The position numbers and the translations under genes were made by a program. 64,000 nt of DNA from IMG/VR virus record IMGVR_UViG_3300032312_001422, positions 128,001 through 192,000 of that record; one strand, given 5' to 3'. Under the pieces are notes generated by a model, which saw nothing but the letters and a program-made list of their open reading frames with translations, was not told the origin of the DNA and made no database searches. Below are positions 1 through 7,512 of the stretch, piece after piece (position 1 is the stretch's first letter; every line of letters begins with the position of its first letter). Source of the DNA: a virus (taxonomy: Duplodnaviria; Caudoviricetes).

Positions 1-1224
1 AAATTTGTTAATGCTTATGTGGCAAATCATGATACTGTTGATGTAGATTCTCCTGGTAGTGTTCGACCAATCATAATTAAACGCAAGCAGATTAGAGGTG
101 TTATGAACATCCTATCCAACATGCCTGACTCAGAAAACAAAAAAACATTGGTATTGAACTTGTTTAGTAATCCTGCATATTTGTTACAGTTTATCCACGA
201 ATATCTTACCAACAAGGGCGAGAATGTTCCTCCGGTCAGCAATAATCCAGTTCAAGGCGAATTAGAAGAAGGCGAAGTAGTTCCAATGACTCAAGATCAG
301 TCTGTTCTACAGGCATACAATGATGTTCTTGAAATACTAAAAGCAAGTAAAACTAAACAACCTGATGTTGTTACTATGATGCGTCAAGACTGGGCCAGTC
401 GTTATAAACAACGTTTCCAAATCAGCACAGCACCAGACGGTAATTACTACATGCTTGATAAAACAACTAACCAACGTCATAGATTACCAGATCCACGTAC
501 ATTCCCCATGGAAGAAGATTCGTGGCACAACGGTCAAAACTCCTGGAGCAGTGAGCACGACCAATGGGCCAAAGAAAGCGTTGAAGAAACACGTTTGACA
601 GTGGGTGATCCTGTGGTTGTTACTGCACCAAATGAATACGAAGGCAAGACCGGCGAGATTAGCGAGTTTAGTCCAAGTGGTAAGTTCGTCATTGTCGACC
701 TGTATAACTACGGCGAACACAGCATGCACCTGAGTGATGTTGAATACAACAAATACGCTGACGAAGAAGTAGACGAAGGCTGGAGTGATGCAATGGTTTC
801 TCGAAGAACAGGCACGCCACGTACACCTTACTCGGTTTATATCAAAGGTAAAAAATGGAAAGACTTTTCTAATGACGATCACGCAGAAGCCGTAGCAAAC
901 AAATTACGAGCCAAGTTCAAGGCCGACGGACGTGATCCCAGTGTTATTACCATTGCCCCCACAGATATTCCGGAAGGTGTAGCGGAAGGTCAAACTGATT
1001 ACCAAAAGCGTAGACAGCGTGAGCGTGATGTAGATGCTGGTAAACCTGTTAGCCGCCAACCCCGGAACCCACAGACTGATTACGCTAAAAAACGTGCCAA
1101 GGAAAAACGTGACTTGGAGCAGTTTGGCGAAACTACCAACTACTGGACTAGACTACAGAATGAACGTAATACAAAAATTGCCAGTCTAGTAAATGAATTA
1201 AAAGAAAGCATTGAGAAAAAATAA
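1..1224 (+). CDS. 5'-truncated modular hypothetical protein (short modules joined by acidic xxE linkers; one SH3/KOW-like segment)
   Basis: Frame 1 is open from base 1 to TAA at 1222-1224; linkers ELEEG, SVEET, EVDEG, GVAEG, QFGET. Confidence 0.8.
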   Translation, partial: KFVNAYVANHDTVDVDSPGSVRPIIIKRKQIRGVMNILSNMPDSENKKTLVLNLFSNPAYLLQFIHEYLTNKGENVPPVSNNPVQGELEEGEVVPMTQDQSVLQAYNDVLEILKASKTKQPDVVTMMRQDWASRYKQRFQISTAPDGNYYMLDKTTNQRHRLPDPRTFPMEEDSWHNGQNSWSSEHDQWAKESVEETRLTVGDPVVVTAPNEYEGKTGEISEFSPSGKFVIVDLYNYGEHSMHLSDVEYNKYADEEVDEGWSDAMVSRRTGTPRTPYSVYIKGKKWKDFSNDDHAEAVANKLRAKFKADGRDPSVITIAPTDIPEGVAEGQTDYQKRRQRERDVDAGKPVSRQPRNPQTDYAKKRAKEKRDLEQFGETTNYWTRLQNERNTKIASLVNELKESIEKK

Positions 1225-1658
1225 TGGAACAATTAATCAAAGCGGCCAAGATTGGCTTTGCCAGCGAATACACTTTTTATCTAAAAGCACACTACTTTCA
1301 TTGGAACGTGGAAGGCCCAGACTTCAGCCAACTGCATGATCTATTTGGAAAAATCTACGAAGAAGTGTATGGTGCTATCGATCCATTTGCTGAAAAAATT
1401 CGTGCTATGGGAACCTATGCGCCAGGCTCCAGCAGCAGATTCAACATGCTGAGCCGCATAGAAGATGAAACCAGCATACTTCCAGCCGAAGCCATGGTAC
1501 AAGAATTACTACAAGATTCAGACAACATGGTCAAACTACTGAAACGAGTTTATGATGTTGCCGAAGCGGCAGGCGAGCATGGTTTCTCAAACTTCCTTGC
1601 GGAACGTATGGATGCTCATAGAAAACATAGTTGGATGCTACGTGCCACAGCAAAATGA
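1224..1658 (+). CDS. dps: Dps/ferritin-like DNA protection protein
   Basis: Dps motifs HYFHWNVEG, LHDLFGKIYEE, IDPFAEKIR, HRKHSWML. Confidence 0.93.
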   Translation: MEQLIKAAKIGFASEYTFYLKAHYFHWNVEGPDFSQLHDLFGKIYEEVYGAIDPFAEKIRAMGTYAPGSSSRFNMLSRIEDETSILPAEAMVQELLQDSDNMVKLLKRVYDVAEAAGEHGFSNFLAERMDAHRKHSWMLRATAK

Positions 1659-2143
1659 AAATTAACGAAGTTTTTTCACCCCTAGATGAAAAGTGGAGCC
1701 GGAAATACAAAAGCTCTATCAACTGTGCCAGCCCAAAAGGATTTAGTCAACGAGCTCATTGTGCGGGTCGTAAGAAGAATGAATCCAAAGAACACACAGT
1801 CAACAACTTTGTTCACAAGTTTGCCCCTTGGGTGGCCGAACAGCTGGATATCAAACAGTTACCCAAAATAGAATTGTTGGACAAGCCAATGAACACCAGC
1901 TTTGGCACCTACGATGCCGACAACAACTGTTTGTATCTGGTCACTGCCGGACGTCATCCCATTGATGTGTTGCGTACTCTAGCACATGAACTCACACACC
2001 ACAAACAAAATTTGGCTGGGCAGTTGGATGCAAACTCCGGCGACACTGGCACCGACGAAGAAAACGAAGCCAATGCCAATGCTGGCATAGTCATGCGTGA
2101 TTTTGCAAGTGCCAATCCAGAATACTTTGGGCAAGACAAATGA
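1655..2143 (+). CDS. zincin-like metallopeptidase domain protein with basic Cys-containing N-terminal module
   Basis: ATG at 1655 overlapping dps stop; HExxH in LRTLAHELTHHKQ with downstream E (ENEANA). Confidence 0.7.
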   Translation: MKINEVFSPLDEKWSRKYKSSINCASPKGFSQRAHCAGRKKNESKEHTVNNFVHKFAPWVAEQLDIKQLPKIELLDKPMNTSFGTYDADNNCLYLVTAGRHPIDVLRTLAHELTHHKQNLAGQLDANSGDTGTDEENEANANAGIVMRDFASANPEYFGQDK

Positions 2144-2217
2144 ACCCAAACGAATATCCAGTATACCCCGAAGACGACGGCTATGATAATCCAAGAAATC
2201 CTTACAGCCCCGTCTAA
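2140..2217 (+). CDS. possible 25-aa Pro/Tyr-rich microprotein MNPNEYPVYPEDDGYDNPRNPYSPV
   Basis: ATGA overlap with the previous stop; below the ORF-track cutoff; overlaps the next ORF by 35 nt. Confidence 0.4.
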   Translation: MNPNEYPVYPEDDGYDNPRNPYSPV

Positions 2218-2929
2218 CGATCCCAGAGAGGAATTAGATACGATACTTGCTAAATGTTGCGAGGCAGTTCTTGACGGTCAAACCGCTGACTCAGAGTTTT
2301 ACGGCATGGTTGGTGCATGTGTGGTATGTCCAGATGGTCAACTAGTATACGGTGTCAACTATCAAGCTGAAGATGGACGTAGAGTACACGCAGAACGTGC
2401 TGCCTTAGAACGGTGTGACAACGTTACGTCAGAATGTATAATTGTTACTACGCTAAGTCCATGCAATCGACCCATGGATGAACGTGTGGGTGAAAGTTGT
2501 GAAGACCTAATTGCCGAATACGGCATTGAACATGTGTATTGTGGATACAAAGATCCCACACAGGAAGGTGATGACAGCATTGAGACTCGCAATGAAAAAC
2601 TACGTGAGCTGTGTAAACGACTGGCCGACACATTCTTAGATGAAGCCCGTAAAAAGAAACGCAAGTCTCGTGGCGGTTACTATGTTGGATATCCTTGGTG
2701 GGGTACATCGGACAGCACTGGCGGTGAAGGTGGAGATGGCGGTGGTATGGCCGAAAATTTTCATGATGGCAAGGTCAAAGGCAAGAGTCGCCCGGGTCGT
2801 GTTAAACGTTCAGGTGCCAGTTGTAACGGATCAGTTACTAGTCTCCGTGCCAAAGCCAAAAAGGCATCAGGCGAACGAGCCAAGATGTATCATTGGTGTG
2901 CCAATATGAAGTCAGGAAAGAAAAAATGA
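2183..2929 (+). CDS. cytidine/RibD-type deaminase domain fused to a basic C-terminal module
   Basis: HAE (VHAERAA) plus TTLSPC...C zinc ligands; YCGYKDP resembles RibD. Confidence 0.7.
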   Translation: MIIQEILTAPSNDPREELDTILAKCCEAVLDGQTADSEFYGMVGACVVCPDGQLVYGVNYQAEDGRRVHAERAALERCDNVTSECIIVTTLSPCNRPMDERVGESCEDLIAEYGIEHVYCGYKDPTQEGDDSIETRNEKLRELCKRLADTFLDEARKKKRKSRGGYYVGYPWWGTSDSTGGEGGDGGGMAENFHDGKVKGKSRPGRVKRSGASCNGSVTSLRAKAKKASGERAKMYHWCANMKSGKKK

Positions 2930-3984
2930 GAGCAGATGAATTTATAACAGAAAATTTAAAGCAGTGGTTCAAAGACAAATGGGTAAGATTTGGTCCTGAT
3001 GGCAAGATCCGTGGCGACTGTGCTAGAGGATCGAGTAGTGAAGGCAAACCCAAATGCTTGCCACAATCAAAAGCACAAAGTTTGGGCAAAAAAGGTCGTG
3101 CCAGTGCCGCGGCCAAAAAGCGTAGAGAAGATCCAAACCCTGAGCGTCGTGGAGCAGCCAAGAACGTGGCCACTCGAGTCAAAGAAGATGAACTAGACGA
3201 AGCTTGCTGGAAAGGCTACCACAAAGAAGGTATGAAGACCATGTTTGGCAAACGCTACCCTAACTGTGTCAAAAACAAAAATGAAAGTTTAGAAGTGTAC
3301 GTTGATCGTGGCGAATGTCCCGGTTGTGGCGGTGCTATGGTTGCTGAAGATCAAATTGCAGAAAAACAAGACGCTTGCTACCACAAGGTCAAAAGTCGTT
3401 ATAAAGTATGGCCCAGTGCTTATGCATCAGGTGCCTTGGTTCAGTGCCGTAAGAAAGGTGCTGCCAATTGGGGCAACAAATCAAAAAACGAAAGTGTGGA
3501 GAATATGATGGATGAATTAGATAGAATTTTAGAACTTAGCACAGGTGTCAGTGCCAGCGAGCGAGCAGAGTTAGCAGAAGAGTTTGATCTTATTGAGTCA
3601 AACATTGACGATCTTGCTGAACGCAATTCAGTAGATGCAGAAGTGATCTGGGAAGACCTAGAATCACTAACTGATGATGAATTGTATGTGTTTGCAACTA
3701 CAACACCTGTAATGGAAGATTGGCAAAAGGCCAACAAGAAAGATCGTACTGCTGGTATGAGCCAAAAGGCTGTGAACGCTTATCGTAGAGAAAATCCAGG
3801 TTCAAAGTTAAAAACAGCAGTTACTACCAAGCCTAGCAAGTTAAAGCGAGGTAGCAAAGCCTCAAAGCGTCGCAAGAGCTATTGCTCACGTAGCAAGGGT
3901 CAAATGAACATGCACAATATTTCGTGTGCCAAAACTCCAGACAAGGCCATTTGCAAAGCACGACGTCGTTGGAACTGTGAATGA
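2926..3984 (+). CDS. modular basic protein, candidate internal head protein
   Basis: ATGA-coupled start MRADEFITE; several K/R/C-rich modules separated by xxE linkers. Confidence 0.75.
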   Translation: MRADEFITENLKQWFKDKWVRFGPDGKIRGDCARGSSSEGKPKCLPQSKAQSLGKKGRASAAAKKRREDPNPERRGAAKNVATRVKEDELDEACWKGYHKEGMKTMFGKRYPNCVKNKNESLEVYVDRGECPGCGGAMVAEDQIAEKQDACYHKVKSRYKVWPSAYASGALVQCRKKGAANWGNKSKNESVENMMDELDRILELSTGVSASERAELAEEFDLIESNIDDLAERNSVDAEVIWEDLESLTDDELYVFATTTPVMEDWQKANKKDRTAGMSQKAVNAYRRENPGSKLKTAVTTKPSKLKRGSKASKRRKSYCSRSKGQMNMHNISCAKTPDKAICKARRRWNCE

Positions 3985-4619
3985 GTCACATAGTAGCTAA
4001 CTTACCCGCTGTAAAATGTTTTGTTCGTAGAGAGTTTTTGTATGATTTTGAGCAAGGTCACGGTGAATTAGAACCTGTGTGGTGGGTTAGCATTAAAAGT
4101 TTAAGAGGTCAAGCATTCCGTATTGAAAGCTATCTCAATCAGTATGGTGCTTTGTATGACAAACTACCCTTGCATGCCTATTGTTGGAAGCCCATAGAAG
4201 GTGAACCACTACCGTTGGATTACCTACAGTTATGGGACTGTCTCAGTTACGATATCACTGTGATCAAAAAAGCACAACTACAAAGTATGCGTTGCAAGTT
4301 CAAACTCAAGAATGGAGCCTGGATGTCAGGCGAATACATGTTTACTGTGGACTCAGCACATCCAGACTTTAACACACTTGATACTGGCTTCTCAGAAGAT
4401 GTAGAAGATCACAAAAGCTATAACTTTATCCGGTGTGACAACGGACAGTTTGCCGCACAGCCCAACAACAGATTGATCATACTAGAACCCAGTAGCAATC
4501 CTCGAGAACTCAAACAGCCAGACTTTCGGGTATCCACTCGACGCTGGAGTGTGGAAACAGATCCCAAATGGGCTCTTGGCGACACCAATACTGTCATGTA
4601 TGAACAGGTAAAAAATTAA
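3981..4619 (+). CDS. hypothetical protein
   Basis: 212-aa ORF coupled to the previous stop. Confidence 0.8.
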   Translation: MSHIVANLPAVKCFVRREFLYDFEQGHGELEPVWWVSIKSLRGQAFRIESYLNQYGALYDKLPLHAYCWKPIEGEPLPLDYLQLWDCLSYDITVIKKAQLQSMRCKFKLKNGAWMSGEYMFTVDSAHPDFNTLDTGFSEDVEDHKSYNFIRCDNGQFAAQPNNRLIILEPSSNPRELKQPDFRVSTRRWSVETDPKWALGDTNTVMYEQVKN

Positions 4620-4625
4620 AACAAA

Positions 4626-4722
4626 TACACTACCTTAGGACGTTATGCGTTACTAGTGTATGCCCGGCTGCTGGGCTAACATATTTGGGAGTCGTGCCCC
4701 GGAATGTATGTTTAAAGTGAGC
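4626..4722 (+). ncRNA. candidate structured intergenic RNA (three consecutive stems)
   Basis: TACACTA/TAGTGTA (4626-32/4654-60), GCCCGG/CTGGGC (4662-67/4671-76), AACATA/TATGTT (4678-83/4707-12). Confidence 0.45.
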
Positions 4723-4764
4723 AATTATTTTTTCTATTAGAGTATTTCAATAAGTATATATTCC

Positions 4765-6291
4765 ATGTTTGACAAAAAAATATTATGCCTGGGCAACAAT
4801 TCTGCCAACACTGACCTGATGGTAAGTGAATTGGCCAAACAGGCCGGTGCTACAAATCATGGTTTAATTGATCAGATTCGCAATATTGAGTTGTTTGGTT
4901 ACTATCATACCACAGTGGCCGATTTAATTCCCGGCGAGATTGTTACTTTATCCGACCAATTTGATCATGTCATGTTATTGGATCAGCCATCGGAATCATG
5001 GTCTCATCCAGTGTTGTTTTCCAAGACCATGCATTTAATTAATATACTCAAAGAATCAAACCATTCTGTACTTTTTCAAAATCCCAAAACAGTAACACAC
5101 TCGACCTTTTTTCAAAATCTATTAGAAACCAACAAAAGTTTTTGCATTTATCCTTTTATACATTTGGTGTCTCGGGGAGATGGCAAAACCCATGTTTGTT
5201 CTAGATCATTCGAACCAGTAGCCGATATCAGCCAAGTCTCTGATTGGCAAAATAATCCCAGTTATCAACAGGTGCGTGAAAGCATGATAGATGGCAAAGC
5301 CTTGCCCAAACATTGTGGCTATTGTTACGATATAGAAAAAAATGGTGGGCGTGGTGCAAGATTCCACGAAACATTGGAGTGGACTTCAAAATTAAATATT
5401 ACCAGTCTAGAAGATCTCAAAAAAATTCAGTCGCCAGTGTATTACGAAATACGACCCAGTAATAAATGCAACATACAATGTAGATCTTGTGTTCCTAGAG
5501 ATAGTCATTTAATTGATCGAGAATTCAAGTCCATTGGCATGACCGGATTTAAAAAAAATACCGGAGACTACAATCAATACACAGGATTTGATATAGTAAA
5601 CATCGATTCTGTTGAACGACTGTATGTGGCTGGCGGCGAGCCTACTGTTATGCCTGAATTGTACGAATTTTTAAGAAAGTGTATAGCACAAGAAAAAACA
5701 AATTTTGAATTTATGATTAATACCAATGCTGCAAAAATTAGTCAGCCCTTAATGGATCTGTTTAAACAGTTTTCACGCTTGGGATTTAGCGTGAGCCTAG
5801 ACGGAGTTGGTGCAGTGAACGACTATATGCGATGGCCATCACAGTTTGATAGCATTGTAAAAAATACACATGCTCTGATTGATCAAGGTCATAGCGTGGC
5901 CTTTATTTCTGTAGTGTCTATATATAACATAACCAGCCTGTACAAATTAATGGAATTTCAAGACCAAGAATTTTATGGCATACCAGTGATGTTGCAATTC
6001 AACACATTCAAAGATGATTTGCAATCTGCTTACAATCACCCCGATACCAAATTGGCATTAGAATCTCTAGAGCGGTGCAAAAAAACCAATGCGTATGTGA
6101 ATTATTCTCGAGGAACCAAAAGTATCATCGATCAACTACATCAGCATTATGCTGGTAATCCCGCGTGTGATTTTGAAAAGTTAAAACAATTTTCAGAATT
6201 TAATGCAAAATTGGATTTATCACGAGGCCATAAACTGGAAGATTATATACCAGAACTTTCAAAAGAGCTCTTGCGTTTTCAAAATAAGTAG
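4765..6291 (+). CDS. radical SAM protein with Twitch/SPASM-like domain N-terminal to the SAM domain
   Basis: CNIQCRSC, AGGEPT, NTN; upstream FCIYPF...CS...CGYC. Confidence 0.88.
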   Translation: MFDKKILCLGNNSANTDLMVSELAKQAGATNHGLIDQIRNIELFGYYHTTVADLIPGEIVTLSDQFDHVMLLDQPSESWSHPVLFSKTMHLINILKESNHSVLFQNPKTVTHSTFFQNLLETNKSFCIYPFIHLVSRGDGKTHVCSRSFEPVADISQVSDWQNNPSYQQVRESMIDGKALPKHCGYCYDIEKNGGRGARFHETLEWTSKLNITSLEDLKKIQSPVYYEIRPSNKCNIQCRSCVPRDSHLIDREFKSIGMTGFKKNTGDYNQYTGFDIVNIDSVERLYVAGGEPTVMPELYEFLRKCIAQEKTNFEFMINTNAAKISQPLMDLFKQFSRLGFSVSLDGVGAVNDYMRWPSQFDSIVKNTHALIDQGHSVAFISVVSIYNITSLYKLMEFQDQEFYGIPVMLQFNTFKDDLQSAYNHPDTKLALESLERCKKTNAYVNYSRGTKSIIDQLHQHYAGNPACDFEKLKQFSEFNAKLDLSRGHKLEDYIPELSKELLRFQNK

Positions 6292-6299
6292 TATATAAT
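6271..6299 (+). promoter_or_regulatory. sigma70-type promoter with TAAGTA in the spacer
   Basis: TTGCGT-17-TATAAT, followed by GGAG and ATG 6324. Confidence 0.6.
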
Positions 6300-6323
6300 A
6301 TGTTTTTCAACTAGGAGATTCAA

Positions 6324-6584
6324 ATGTCAACACGCATGTTTAGCAATGAGCAAAAAGCCAAGCTCACCCAAATCATCAACGAAGGTATGGCTGTGCTACA
6401 AGAAATTGAAGATTTAAACGCTGGCTTAAATGATACAGTTAAAGCCATTGCAGAAGAAATGGAAATCAAGCCGGCTATCCTAAAGAAAGCTATCAAGATT
6501 GCCCAGAAATCCAAACTAGGTGAAACCAACAACGATCACGAAGAATTGAACACAATTCTTGAAACTGTGGGCAAAACACTTTAA
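6324..6584 (+). CDS. small helical DNA-binding protein, DsbA(T4)/GapR-like
   Basis: 86 aa; pattern LQEIEDLNAGLNDTVKAIAEEMEIKPAILKKAIK. Confidence 0.55.
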   Translation: MSTRMFSNEQKAKLTQIINEGMAVLQEIEDLNAGLNDTVKAIAEEMEIKPAILKKAIKIAQKSKLGETNNDHEELNTILETVGKTL

Positions 6585-6889
6585 TGTTTCCGTTCGGCGA
6601 CTGGCTCTATGCTACCTGGGGATATATCAAGCGAGATTACACAGAATGGCCTTTACGATTCTGTGCAGAAGTGTTTGCCTGGGCATGCAGTTTAGTCAGT
6701 GCTGTTATATTTGCATATAGCGTACCACACATACCAGTAATCCCGCTTTACAGCATTTTTATTGCTGGTTGCTTGGCCAGTGCATGGACCTGTTGGACCC
6801 GGGGCAGTTTTGGATTGTTGGCCAATTACATTTGTTTAATCACCATTGACGCTGTGGGATTGATTAGATTTATTGTTAAAACCATGTAG
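6584..6889 (+). CDS. small membrane protein
   Basis: About three hydrophobic segments. Confidence 0.7.
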   Translation: MFPFGDWLYATWGYIKRDYTEWPLRFCAEVFAWACSLVSAVIFAYSVPHIPVIPLYSIFIAGCLASAWTCWTRGSFGLLANYICLITIDAVGLIRFIVKTM

Positions 6890-6897
6890 TTTGGTCA

Positions 6898-7428
6898 ATG
6901 TTACATCAAGTGTTTGCTGATTGGGTGTACGAACATCAAGATCAAGATTTTGTAAACTATGCACAGTCTTGGTTTGATGGTTCAGCAGATTTAAATTGGA
7001 CTAATGAATTACGCAGTTTAAGAAATGCTAACAACATTGATCAAATAGATCAACTGTGTCAAACTGTGCCGGATCACGCATTTGTAAATTTTATCAATGC
7101 ACACGCCGACATATTTCTACAACAACAATACAATGATTTTTCCCAACGGTCGGTGCTGATTGGCATCTGGCCGTTTGCCATGACCACTGAGTTGTGTCAT
7201 GCTCTGCACCGGCATGATGAGTGCCACTTCAGCGGTACTTACTATGTAGAAATTCCTGCGGGATCTGGACCTATACAATTTCACAATGATACCAAAATCC
7301 AGACCATAAATCCCACGGCAGGTATGCTTTTAATTTGGCCCAGTCATATGCGTCATTCGGTTCCAAAAAGAGAGTTTGTTGGCACACGACGGGCAATTTC
7401 TTTTGATATTGCTCTTGCTAAACGCTAA
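6898..7428 (+). CDS. 2OG-Fe(II) oxygenase superfamily protein
   Basis: HxH (HRH)...FSGTYYV...GMLLIWPSHMRHSV...RRAISF. Confidence 0.78.
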   Translation: MLHQVFADWVYEHQDQDFVNYAQSWFDGSADLNWTNELRSLRNANNIDQIDQLCQTVPDHAFVNFINAHADIFLQQQYNDFSQRSVLIGIWPFAMTTELCHALHRHDECHFSGTYYVEIPAGSGPIQFHNDTKIQTINPTAGMLLIWPSHMRHSVPKREFVGTRRAISFDIALAKR

Positions 7429-7512
7429 GTAAGATAGTATAATATACAGAGTCGCTGACTTAATCAGCATGTAGAGCAAGTGTTGGCTCAAAGCAACACA
7501 CATTGGAGAGTT
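7415..7512 (+). promoter_or_regulatory. DNA polymerase promoter and structured leader
   Basis: TTGCTA-17-TATAAT (7415-7443); hairpins 7454-7468 and 7480-7499; GGAGAG SD before ATG 7513. Confidence 0.65.
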
